A DNA stretch of 26,302 bases from Candidatus Sumerlaeales bacterium (GTDB lineage Bacteria > Sumerlaeota > Sumerlaeia > Sumerlaeales > Sumerlaeaceae), in contig JBBSQY010000045.1 in the NCBI GenBank assembly GCA_038243585.1, forward strand, positions 1 through 26,302, written 5' to 3'. The position numbers were made by a program, and so were the translations under genes. The notes beneath the pieces were generated by a model. The model did not search any database. It worked only from the letters and a program-made list of their open reading frames with translations, and had not been told where the DNA came from. This document shows positions 9,063 through 17,578 of this stretch, piece by piece (position 1 is the first letter of the stretch; every line of letters starts with the position of its first letter).

Positions 9063-9598
9063 AAACCTGTTGGACAGACATTCCTGTCTGTCACTGTCGT
9101 CGAAGATCTTTTCGTTCGTCAAGTCTTGTAGTATGGGGTGTTGGGACAGACAGGAATGTCCATCCTACTGGGACACGAATTGGATTTTCGTGCAGCCAAA
9201 AGCGCGGGTTTGGCATGTTGGGTCTTTTGTCGCTTATTGCCCTGCTGGCGACGCTTTGCGCTGCGGTATCTATCAGCTCAATGCGGAGCGCCACCGGTAG
9301 CCTGAGGGGGCTGCAACGCCTGCAAACCCAGGCGGCGGCGGAAGGGGCGGCAGTGCTCTTGGCCACGGGAGATGCAGCTTCTTCGGGTACCATAAAGGTG
9401 GGCGACGTTCATGTGTTGATCACGCCGGAAACGACCACCGGCGCCGTTGAGACAACAACCTCACAATCCGTCACCAGCGCAACTGTCAGCCGTCTGGCGG
9501 TTAGCCTCAGGGCCGGCGAGCGGGTGACTTATTCCCGAAATTTCCTGGTACGCTTTGCCCCCGATTCCGGCGCCATCTCCGTGGAGGCTCTCCCATGA
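9059..9598 (+). CDS. Pilin-like protein lacking Glu5 (GspK/PilX-like, small) with a REP pair in its leader
   Basis: GGAGG plus ATGA-coupled start; QKRG|FGMLGLLSLIALLATLCAAV, then LQTQAAAEGA as in PilX/GspK N-terminal helices. Confidence 0.7.
   Translation: MKTCWTDIPVCHCRRRSFRSSSLVVWGVGTDRNVHPTGTRIGFSCSQKRGFGMLGLLSLIALLATLCAAVSISSMRSATGSLRGLQRLQTQAAAEGAAVLLATGDAASSGTIKVGDVHVLITPETTTGAVETTTSQSVTSATVSRLAVSLRAGERVTYSRNFLVRFAPDSGAISVEALP
9069..9168. repeat. Inverted pair of GTAG-type REPs (REPIN-like)
   Basis: GTTGGACAGACATTCCTGTCTGTC (9069-9092) and GACAGACAGGAATGTCCATCCTAC (9145-9168); arms 21/24 complementary; right arm matches the 7981 REP at 21/24. Confidence 0.85.
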
Positions 9599-10425
9599 CC
9601 AGACGTAGGTTTTCTGCATTTACTTTGATCGAGCTGCTCTTCGTGGTAGCGATTATGGCCGTTCTGGCCGCCATCGCCGTACCCAATTTTCTGGAAGCGC
9701 AAACGCGGGTAAAAGTAGCGCGGGTGCATACTGACATGGCTGCCACAACCTTGGCGCTGAATCGCTATTACGCGGATAAGGGCGCTTACCCGCCCAACAC
9801 CACTGAAGCGCGGCGGTACCTCGAAGCCGCCATGCAGAATCCCGTAATGGATTCCGCCCACACCAGCGTGCCGGTTGACGTAAAAATCCCTTGGTGGATA
9901 GCCGACTCAAATATCCTTGAACCAGAAATTGAAGGCATGGGGATGGATTTTACCCCGTCCACTCAAACAGATACCCTGGACGCCCATTTTTTTAAAAGTC
10001 CGGTGATGGACTTTAATTCGGGTCAATTGTCCTTACTCACGACGCCGATCAACTATATTGGCACAGCCGTCTCTCGGGACATATATGCCAGCTCTTACGC
10101 CCGACGCGACAACAGGAGTTTGAACGCCACCGGCTGGTTTGGCTATGTAAACTCCGCAGAACTGTTTGATGACGACTCATTAACAACCGCCTCCCCGGGC
10201 TTGTGGGGCGATCATCTTACCAGCGGAACCTATTTCTATCTGGCTTCGAGCGGCCCTGATACAAGCTATGAAATCTGGCACCCTCTAAGCGGTCCCTTTA
10301 CAGCTTATGACCCCACCAACGGGAGCGTTTCCGGTGGGGATATTTTCCACTTTGAAGGCCGCAGCCCCCGCCTCCAATCCGCCCCGCAAGAAATGCGTCC
10401 AGGTCACCAACGGGAGCACTATTGA
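9595..10425 (+). CDS. GspG-like major (pseudo)pilin-type protein
   Basis: RFSA|FTLIELLFVVAIMAVLAAIAVPNFLEAQTR...ALNRYYADKGAYPP, LTTPINY, SSGPD, YDPTNGSVSGGDI. Confidence 0.88.
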   Translation: MTRRRFSAFTLIELLFVVAIMAVLAAIAVPNFLEAQTRVKVARVHTDMAATTLALNRYYADKGAYPPNTTEARRYLEAAMQNPVMDSAHTSVPVDVKIPWWIADSNILEPEIEGMGMDFTPSTQTDTLDAHFFKSPVMDFNSGQLSLLTTPINYIGTAVSRDIYASSYARRDNRSLNATGWFGYVNSAELFDDDSLTTASPGLWGDHLTSGTYFYLASSGPDTSYEIWHPLSGPFTAYDPTNGSVSGGDIFHFEGRSPRLQSAPQEMRPGHQREHY

Positions 10426-10492
10426 TCCAGGCAAACCACGCTGATCGTGTTTCGACTGCTTTCCCTTAGTTCTCCGCGGTAGTGCGTGGAGT

Positions 10493-11491
10493 TTACCCGT
10501 TATCCCGTGCCCAGGCGAAGGCCCGTTTCACCGTGGCCCATGCCTTTTCCGGGTCGTCCGGTGCGATGTAAGACATATGGCCGCAGCTATGGAACCCCCA
10601 TACGGCGATATCCCGCTGACCTTTTTCCACCATCAGCTTCACCGCGTCCATCATCTCCTCTTCGCGGCCCCCCGGCACCTTGTAGCCTTGCAGCCACATC
10701 TGCGCGGCCAGGCCGTGCTGCTCGGTTACGGTATTGATCAGATCGCAAGCCTCGCCAACAAATTCCGCCATGTCTTTTTTGAAGGCGTACCAGTACGGGT
10801 CGGTGCCAAAAATCTCCAGGTGCGGCACGCCAGCGAGGCGGTCCCAGTTGGCGGTGCTGTGGTCGGCACCCCGCAGCGGCAACACGCACAGGCTGTTGCG
10901 CTTTCCGAGGCTGTGGGCATGGGTGGTCAGGTCGCTCAGAAAGCTGATGATCGACTTCTCTTTAAACTCCCGCACCTCGTCCGTCTCGTCCTGCGGCAAA
11001 GGATTGCCATATTTCGCCTCGAACTGCTCCATACAACACGCGCAACGGCAACCCCAGGTGTCCGGCCTCCCGCCCATCCAGCCGGCCAAGTAAAAGTGCG
11101 GTTCATCCCAGAACATGACGTCCGCGCCGGTCTTTGCGGCGGCGTCTGTCCATTCTTTCATGAACTGGCGGAACGTCGGATTATTTGGGCAGGCCGAGCC
11201 GACCGGCTTGCCGTCGCTCACCATCTGCATGGCGTCCACGTTTTGCATAACAAAATTTGAAAAACTTTCGCCGCCGAAAACCTTGCCTACGCCCCAGGGG
11301 TCAATATGCGCTTCCATCCCGGTGTCATGGGTGATCTGCACCAGTTCGCCGATGGTGTCGTGATAAAACATCCAGTCGTTCTCGTTGAACGTATGGACGA
11401 CATAGGTGCAGCCCATATCCGCCAGCTCCTTCATATCGGTGCGAGCATGGCGGAGAATGCGGTTTCCGAAATATGAACATCCAAGTTTCAT
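10493..11491 (-). CDS. Putative glycoside-hydrolase-like TIM-barrel protein (cytoplasmic)
   Basis: ATG 11491 with GGAG 5 nt upstream; DMKELADMGCTYVV, CPNNPTFR, MFWDEPH, CRCACC...F, GTDPYW resemble clan GH-A/GH42-like barrels; no signal peptide. Confidence 0.6.
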   Translation of the reverse strand: MKLGCSYFGNRILRHARTDMKELADMGCTYVVHTFNENDWMFYHDTIGELVQITHDTGMEAHIDPWGVGKVFGGESFSNFVMQNVDAMQMVSDGKPVGSACPNNPTFRQFMKEWTDAAAKTGADVMFWDEPHFYLAGWMGGRPDTWGCRCACCMEQFEAKYGNPLPQDETDEVREFKEKSIISFLSDLTTHAHSLGKRNSLCVLPLRGADHSTANWDRLAGVPHLEIFGTDPYWYAFKKDMAEFVGEACDLINTVTEQHGLAAQMWLQGYKVPGGREEEMMDAVKLMVEKGQRDIAVWGFHSCGHMSYIAPDDPEKAWATVKRAFAWARDNG

Positions 11492-11628
11492 GAGGGCTCC
11501 GTGGCGATTAGGCTTTGGTGATAGACACAAACAAATGGTTGCAGACCCCCGCACAGGCAAATCAAGAGGAAACCACGCAGGCGAATAATTGCAACCGGGA
11601 AACCGTAATTCGCCGTGTTAGCACGGGC

Positions 11629-11705
11629 GGGCGATTAGCTCAGCTGGTTAGAGTGCCGGCCTCACATGCCGGAGGTCCGCGGTTCGATCCCGCGATCGCC
11701 CACCA
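11629..11705 (+). tRNA. tRNA-Val (anticodon CAC)
   Basis: Acceptor stem GGGCGAT/ATCGCCC plus ACCA; D arm AGCTCAGCTGGTTAGAGT; anticodon arm CCGGC-CTCACAT-GCCGG; T arm CGCGG-TTCGATC-CCGCG. Confidence 0.97.
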
Positions 11706-11712
11706 TTAAAAA

Positions 11713-11739
11713 TCACCGTTCCATTGCGCAATGACGTGA
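11713..11739. terminator. Imperfect hairpin between the convergent tRNA and secretin genes (possible terminator or collapsed palindromic repeat)
   Basis: TCAC..CGT..CATTGC/GCAATG.ACG.TGA; no U-tract. Confidence 0.25.
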
Positions 11740-14250
11740 CTATTGTTTGATTGGTGCCCCTGGCGCGGATGGAGGGGCTGCGGCAGGCGGTGCTGCTGCT
11801 GCCGCTTTGGCTGCCGCTTTGGCTGCCGCTGCGGCTTGTGCTGCTTGTGCCGCGGCTGCTTGTGCTGCTGCCGCAGCTGCTGGGGTGTTGTTTGCTCCCG
11901 GCGGAGATTTTAGATTCCTGCTTCCGGTACTTAACATTCCACTAGGGCCAGACGTACCAACCAGGGAGGCCAGCGTGTCAGTGGATGCTTCTTCTTTCAG
12001 CGTGACCCTCGGTAACGCCCTCATGCCAGCGGACGGAACAGCGGAAATCGGCTGATACGAATCTACGTCTCCAACCGTTGAGTCATCGATGTTGACGGTA
12101 GCGTTGATGCCGCCGAGAGATGGCGTGTTGGCGTCGGAATCGCGCATGGGAGAAAGTAAAACACTGCCGTCTTCAGCCGTGGTACGGCTCATGGAGGAAA
12201 AATCCGGGGCGGGCGGAGGAGTGTAGGAGAGATAGTCTCCCTTTTCCAGCTGCGGCAAATTGCTCAAGCCGTCGCTGCGCGTTGGAAGGTCCGTCAGGGT
12301 TGCGGTAGGCGTCGTCAGAGGCTCCTGGGGCAGGTCGGCCATCAGGGCGCCTTTATATTTGATTGTGTCGCTAGGATTCTCTTCTACGATCGTCGGAGTC
12401 ACGAAAATCAGGAGATTGCGACGGCGGTTATCTTCCGGGGCTTTTGTATAGCCGCCAAACAGAGCGGGGCCGATGATCGGGATCTTCATCAGGCCGGGGA
12501 TTCCGGTTTTAGTTTCCGATTTACTGTCGGCGACGAGGCCGCCGATAACCCGCGTTGATCCGCTGGGCACCCACATGGTCGTGTTCAGTTCCTGGTTGGT
12601 TTTACCCACGCCGGTATAAGCAAGGCCACCGAAGGTCTGCTCCACGCGGAGCGGGGAACTGTTCTCCACTGTTATCTCAAGTTCCACCATTCCGTTGCCG
12701 GATATAATGGGAACAACTTCAAGAAACAGACCGACCTGCAGAAGCTGCTGCACAGGCTGAGAAGGCGTCAGGTTGTTCTGATTTCCGTTTTGGCTGACAC
12801 CGATAGAGCCACCGGTAAAAAACGGCACGCTCTGCCCAACGTCGAAAGTGGCCGTCTTTTGATTTTCCACCAGCAGACGAGGCTGTTGCAACACCCGCGT
12901 TCGCGAGTCGCTCATGGCCGTAGACAGTTTGACGAAAGCGTGACGCGACAGCATACTTGCGTTGAGGCCTCTTGACCCTGCCTCCACCACGGGGAATTCT
13001 TTCCGGAAATTGATGAAGCCTTCCGAACCTTCGGTTACGCCGCCATCAGCTCCAGTGGCATTTCCGGTTGGAATGCCGCTCACCAGGCCGTCTGTGACTG
13101 CGCTGAGAAGATCTCCGGAAAAGGCATAATCTATCTGCCAGTTAAATCCTTCGGTAAACTCGGTTTCGATGATTTCAAGCTGGAGAAGAATCTGGCGCAC
13201 GGGAGCGTCAAACGCGGCAAGCACCTGTTCCACGCGCTCGTGGACTTCCGGCAGATCTCGCACGATGAGCTTGCCCTGCCGAATGTTGAAGTGGAAATAG
13301 GCCTCCGGGGTCAGAATCTCCTCGATAGCGATTTCCAGCTCTTCCAGTTCTTCGCCCTCCACGCCCAGGTTGTTGATCGTATAGACGCGCATTTCCGGGC
13401 CAATATCCAGGGTTTCGACCAGTTGCTCCATCTTCTGGAGCACGTCGATACGGTCGGATACGATGATCTGGCGCGTGCGCTCATCAACCTGCACATCGGG
13501 GGACGCAGGACTTTTCAGAGCCGACAGCTTTTCCGCCACTTCGTTCACGTCGGCGTGTTCAATGTAATAGACGCGGGTCAGGAATTTGACGTCGATGGTT
13601 TCGAGAAGACGCTGGGCCAGTTCAAGAACCGGCACAAGGTCGGTCATGATGACTTTATTAGAGCGCTGATCCGCCGCGACCCGTCCGATGCCGGGTGTCA
13701 TTATGCCTTCAAGGGCCTTCGCGGCTTCTTCGGCGGTGATTTCCTTAGGCAGGAACACTTTTGGCCGGACCAGGCGCGGCAACACTTCGGCCTTATAGGT
13801 TTCCTGATCCCAGATTTCATAAGTCCCTGGACGATCTGGTGGAGGATACAGAATCCAGTTCGGCTGGCTGTTGACAATTTTGTTTAGAACATCGGCCAAA
13901 GGCTCTGGCTGGGGCGATATCAAAGTAATTTTAGTGCCGACGGTTTTACCCCGGGCCGAAATGACTGTTTTCGCCTGATCGCTGAGCTGACCCAATACGC
14001 GCTCGATAGGTAGATTGCTGGCGACAACGCTGACGTTTCCCGGAGTGCCAGGCGTCGTCGTAGCCGACGCGCTGGTGGTAGCGCTTGCAGTGGCTGGGGC
14101 GTCATCCTGCGCATAGCCGGCACAGCTCATGGCCGCCAGCGCAAGAATGGCAAATGCTCGGGCAGAATAGCCAAACGGGCTACGGGACGCCGAGCTAAAG
14201 CTGAAGGGGAGGACGCCTACGCGTCTGACATATAGCAAAGTTCTCTTCAT
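11740..14250 (-). CDS. gspD: Outer-membrane secretin (GspD/PilQ family) with a long low-complexity C-terminal tail
   Basis: Sec signal ending AGYA|QDD; N-domain repeats (DQRSNKVIMTD, DERTRQIIVSD); DAPVRQILLQLEIIE, QPRLLVENQKTATFDVG, VIGGL...GIPGLMKIPIIG, LLIFVTPTIV; AGAGGAG RBS. Confidence 0.92.
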   Translation of the reverse strand: MKRTLLYVRRVGVLPFSFSSASRSPFGYSARAFAILALAAMSCAGYAQDDAPATASATTSASATTTPGTPGNVSVVASNLPIERVLGQLSDQAKTVISARGKTVGTKITLISPQPEPLADVLNKIVNSQPNWILYPPPDRPGTYEIWDQETYKAEVLPRLVRPKVFLPKEITAEEAAKALEGIMTPGIGRVAADQRSNKVIMTDLVPVLELAQRLLETIDVKFLTRVYYIEHADVNEVAEKLSALKSPASPDVQVDERTRQIIVSDRIDVLQKMEQLVETLDIGPEMRVYTINNLGVEGEELEELEIAIEEILTPEAYFHFNIRQGKLIVRDLPEVHERVEQVLAAFDAPVRQILLQLEIIETEFTEGFNWQIDYAFSGDLLSAVTDGLVSGIPTGNATGADGGVTEGSEGFINFRKEFPVVEAGSRGLNASMLSRHAFVKLSTAMSDSRTRVLQQPRLLVENQKTATFDVGQSVPFFTGGSIGVSQNGNQNNLTPSQPVQQLLQVGLFLEVVPIISGNGMVELEITVENSSPLRVEQTFGGLAYTGVGKTNQELNTTMWVPSGSTRVIGGLVADSKSETKTGIPGLMKIPIIGPALFGGYTKAPEDNRRRNLLIFVTPTIVEENPSDTIKYKGALMADLPQEPLTTPTATLTDLPTRSDGLSNLPQLEKGDYLSYTPPPAPDFSSMSRTTAEDGSVLLSPMRDSDANTPSLGGINATVNIDDSTVGDVDSYQPISAVPSAGMRALPRVTLKEEASTDTLASLVGTSGPSGMLSTGSRNLKSPPGANNTPAAAAAAQAAAAQAAQAAAAAKAAAKAAAAAPPAAAPPSAPGAPIKQ

Positions 14251-14327
14251 TTCTCCTCTAGTGCCCCTTTGCTGCGATATGCGGGAACCTGTTGTCCAGC
14301 AATTTTGTCAGTCATTGTCGGATTTCC

Positions 14328-14996
14328 TTATTTCTTAGGCGCTGGGGCCGGAGCGGCAGTGGCGGGTTCAGTGTCCAGGTTAATATTTCGTTCCGCGGTA
14401 GTGTCTTCCATGCCCAGGGTTATTTCCGGGCTGTAAGGGTTCTCGTTGTTAATGGTCTTTAGAGAAACGGTTTTCATGATGCCATTGCCGACATCCACCT
14501 GTTTGGTGTCTCCAACGGCCATTTCCCAGATGGCACCTTCGGCACCCTGCTGAGACAGCTGCACATCCTCAAGCATCGCCTTGCCCTGGTATACGCTCAA
14601 CAGCTTCCATCCGCCAAGGGATTTCCCTATGTCAGGGGTCGGCGGCGGCGGCGGAGGGGTAGGCGTTGGGGTCGGCGTAGGGGTGAGCAGTGCGCGAAAA
14701 ATGCTTTTCTTACCAAAATCTCCGCCACGGGAAGAGCCTGCCGAGGCATACTGGGTTTCAGTTCCGGGCATGCTTATGGTGCTGGTGGTATCAGACGAGT
14801 CTGAGATTTCAGAACCGTCGAACTGTTCAGATGGGTCAGACTTATCGGACCTGTTCGAACCTGCAGGGCTAATCGCCGCTGGCACTTCAAGTTCGTCCAG
14901 CCCTCGCGGCAGATCGCGAGATTCATAAATCAGGAAAACCAGAACCCCAATAATGACCAGCAGCGTAAGATTAAGTAGAAATTCCTGTCGTTTCAT
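14328..14996 (-). CDS. Bitopic membrane protein with Ser-rich and Pro/Thr linker; positional GspC/PilP analogue
   Basis: N-terminal TM helix, PTPTPTPTPPPPPPTP linker, small beta domain (WKLLSVYQGKAMLED) resembling GspC-HR/PilP; TGATG coupling; lies between the M-like gene and the secretin. Confidence 0.65.
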   Translation of the reverse strand: MKRQEFLLNLTLLVIIGVLVFLIYESRDLPRGLDELEVPAAISPAGSNRSDKSDPSEQFDGSEISDSSDTTSTISMPGTETQYASAGSSRGGDFGKKSIFRALLTPTPTPTPTPPPPPPTPDIGKSLGGWKLLSVYQGKAMLEDVQLSQQGAEGAIWEMAVGDTKQVDVGNGIMKTVSLKTINNENPYSPEITLGMEDTTAERNINLDTEPATAAPAPAPKK

Positions 14997-15595
14997 CAGC
15001 GTGCGCCTCCTCTGTTCAGCTTGAGCGAACCTGCTTCAGGCGCCGCATCTTCTGATTCTTCTTCGGGGATCTTCACGATGCGTCCAAGGTTCAGTTCCAC
15101 CGTCAGTTCGTTTTTGTCCAGGTCGGAATCTCGCGTAATGGTTGCCGTCTGGGTAAGGTAGCCTTTGCTGTCAAATTCCTTGAGCAGCGCTGCCACCTTT
15201 TCCAGGTTGGACTTTACTGTGAGAGGTAGAATCAGAAACTCATAACCAGTCGCACCTTTAATTTCGGCGGTGATGGGCGGCGAATAGCTGGGAACGGTGC
15301 CGACAGTATCAACTACAAGGTCCACTACCTCTTCGTTAAAGACTTCGCTGGGATCGCGATCCGGGTCGTCCTGCGGGAATTGCGCTTCTACCCGGGCATA
15401 GCCCTGGTCGATGGACTTGGCCTCAGCCAGGGTCTCCTGGTTTTCCAAATATTTTTCCCGCTCGCTGATCAGAGTCGCGTTCAGGTCCTCGTAGCTCTGC
15501 CATACCGGCTCAATTCCGAAGCTCCATACGACAAACGCGAGCACCAGGCCGAGCGTTATTGTGAGGGTGCGCTGGTCGCGCTTATTCAATGCCAT
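14996..15595 (-). CDS. PilO/GspM-like assembly platform protein
   Basis: LNKRDQR + TM helix + EP + coiled coil, then ferredoxin-like LPLTVKSNLEKVAALLKEFD. Confidence 0.8.
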   Translation of the reverse strand: MALNKRDQRTLTITLGLVLAFVVWSFGIEPVWQSYEDLNATLISEREKYLENQETLAEAKSIDQGYARVEAQFPQDDPDRDPSEVFNEEVVDLVVDTVGTVPSYSPPITAEIKGATGYEFLILPLTVKSNLEKVAALLKEFDSKGYLTQTATITRDSDLDKNELTVELNLGRIVKIPEEESEDAAPEAGSLKLNRGGAR

Positions 15596-17381
15596 CTAGA
15601 TCGCCCTCTTTCTGCTTGCTACCCGGGGCGGGGCGCGAGGATTTTGGTTTTGGTTTTACTGGCTTGGGGAAGGTGAAAGTTGCGGCCCATCCCAACACTG
15701 GAATCTGCGGACGCCCACGCAACTGCTTGTTCGGCACCGTGTTATCCAGCCTGGCATCTTCAAAAAATCCGGTATTGCGCAGATCATTGACCAGCTGATT
15801 GGCCGTCTGCAAGTCCGTCGCGTCCCCTTGCAGCTTAACAAAATCGCCTCGTTTGTAATCGAAGCTGGTCAGAGCCACCTGATCCGGAAAGTAATCTTTC
15901 TCGCTAAGGATCCGCAGCACATCAATGGCACCGCGGTCATCCTGAACATTGTCCCGGATAATGCGCAGACGATCCTTCTTTGTGCGAAGGTCCTTCACCC
16001 TGCCTTGGTCCGCGCGGTTTTGGATCTCAATTTGATCCAACAGTGCCCGTTTTCTGGAGAAAGCATCGGACAAAAACATATAACCAGCGACCAGGGCCGC
16101 GAGGGCCAGAACGCCGGTAACTACGTAAGAAACCTGCTGGCGCTTGGCCGACCGTGCCTCCGTGTAGCTTCCCGGCAGCAGATTAATGTGGATCGTGTGC
16201 GGACGGCGACCAACCGCGCCGCCTATGGCCACTGCATACTGCTGTCCCGGTGCCTCGCTGTTCTTCAGCACCTTGCGAGCAACTTCCGCCCCGCTCAGCG
16301 GATCAAATACCGCAGCGGTCACATGAAAGTTGGCTTCAAAATAATCCGCCACGCGTTTGATCACAGCCCCTTCACCGCACAAATAGATGTGGTTGATCAT
16401 AGGGCAGTTAAACTCGCGGCTGGCGAACTCATAGGTCCGGCGAACTTCCTGCAAAAGCTTGTTGAGCCAGTCGCTGAAAATCACTGCCGGCTTGTTTTCC
16501 GGCGCTGCGGCCGCGGACGGCGCTGGCACCGCTTCAAAGATGAGAGGAGGCGCGGGGCGGGCGTAGCGAGCGTCTAGTGCAGCCTGCTCATCCTCCTGGC
16601 CCGGCAGCTCGTCATAGATTCCCGGGGCCACAGACGGCGGCTCCGGGGTTTCGCCTTTAAAGTAAAGCTGCGGCTCCAGCGCGTCCATTTCCGACAGGTC
16701 GCTGATCGTTACCGGCTGGCCCATGGCTTCCGTCAGATCAGTCATGAGGCGAGAGACCCCGGTGGTGCTGCCGCGGGTGAAGTTTACGTTGCCGTTGGTC
16801 GCGATAACCAGGTCCGTTGCGTTTTTACCGATGTTCAGCACCAATACGGTGCGGTCGGCCAGGGCAGTTTTCTCCGTGGCGGCAAACGCGTTGAACATGG
16901 CAATGCTTGAGACAGTGATCGACGTGACGGTTAGCCCCGCCTTAACGCATATATCCAGGTATTCCTTTGCGATGGGCTGGTCCACTGCGGCCAAAAGCAC
17001 ATCGCTGCCCTGCATCCCCTGCCGCGCGAGCACGTGGTACGATACAATATGACGATCGGCATTGAACGGAATGTGGCGGTCCGCCTCAAACCTTGCCATT
17101 CCGGCAATTTCATCGTCAACCGTGCTGGGAAGCGTTACGCTTCGCGCCATGACATAGCTTTTAGGAATGACTACGACGGCGGTTTTAATGGCAATGCGCT
17201 GCGACCTCAGGTGGTCGCGAAGGGCCTGCGTACGTTCAGCGGCGCGGACGACAAGATCTTCCGGACGGGGGAGCACAAAGCTCGAAACGGATTTGACGGC
17301 GATGCGTCCGTTTTTCGCTGGCTCGGCAACGATCACCTTGCATTCGAGATCGGTAAATTCAATGGAGAGATGTGCGGCCAT
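15582..17381 (-). CDS. PilM-PilN fusion (GspL-equivalent)
   Basis: Actin-like PilM motifs (EADRHIPF, DVLLAAV, VLNIGKNATDL, IYLCGEGA, AVAIGGA), then the PilN motif INLLP, TM helix, coiled coil and periplasmic domain. Confidence 0.85.
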   Translation of the reverse strand: MAAHLSIEFTDLECKVIVAEPAKNGRIAVKSVSSFVLPRPEDLVVRAAERTQALRDHLRSQRIAIKTAVVVIPKSYVMARSVTLPSTVDDEIAGMARFEADRHIPFNADRHIVSYHVLARQGMQGSDVLLAAVDQPIAKEYLDICVKAGLTVTSITVSSIAMFNAFAATEKTALADRTVLVLNIGKNATDLVIATNGNVNFTRGSTTGVSRLMTDLTEAMGQPVTISDLSEMDALEPQLYFKGETPEPPSVAPGIYDELPGQEDEQAALDARYARPAPPLIFEAVPAPSAAAAPENKPAVIFSDWLNKLLQEVRRTYEFASREFNCPMINHIYLCGEGAVIKRVADYFEANFHVTAAVFDPLSGAEVARKVLKNSEAPGQQYAVAIGGAVGRRPHTIHINLLPGSYTEARSAKRQQVSYVVTGVLALAALVAGYMFLSDAFSRKRALLDQIEIQNRADQGRVKDLRTKKDRLRIIRDNVQDDRGAIDVLRILSEKDYFPDQVALTSFDYKRGDFVKLQGDATDLQTANQLVNDLRNTGFFEDARLDNTVPNKQLRGRPQIPVLGWAATFTFPKPVKPKPKSSRPAPGSKQKEGDLDGIE

Positions 17382-17578
17382 TATAGAGACTTCTCACTGG
17401 GAAAACTTTTTACAGGCATAATATCCTCTGGGATGCACCGGTTGTCTAACCGTAGGCGAAACAATGCCGTGGTACCGATACGGGTTTTGGCGGAAAACTG
17501 CCTGGAGCCGCGCGTTTTGATTTTGTCTGCTTTAACTCTTAATCTGTCGTTCATATTTTTTGATTCAATCATAGTCAT
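17381..17578 (-). CDS. Candidate small basic protein (65 aa), translationally coupled at both ends
   Basis: ATG overlaps the gspK stop (ATGA) and its TAA overlaps the pilMN start (TAATG); exactly fills the gap; no recognisable homology. Confidence 0.35.
   Translation of the reverse strand: MTMIESKNMNDRLRVKADKIKTRGSRQFSAKTRIGTTALFRLRLDNRCIPEDIMPVKSFPSEKSL

Noticed and set aside
11629..11705. tRNA-Val as the attachment site of an integrated island
   Set aside because: No integrase in the window and no duplicate of the tRNA 3' end was seen.
14160..14235. Possible REP remnant (GACGC-GTAG-GCGTC, minus strand) in the secretin signal-peptide n-region
   Set aside because: Only a 5-bp stem and no match to the REP families seen; could be chance.
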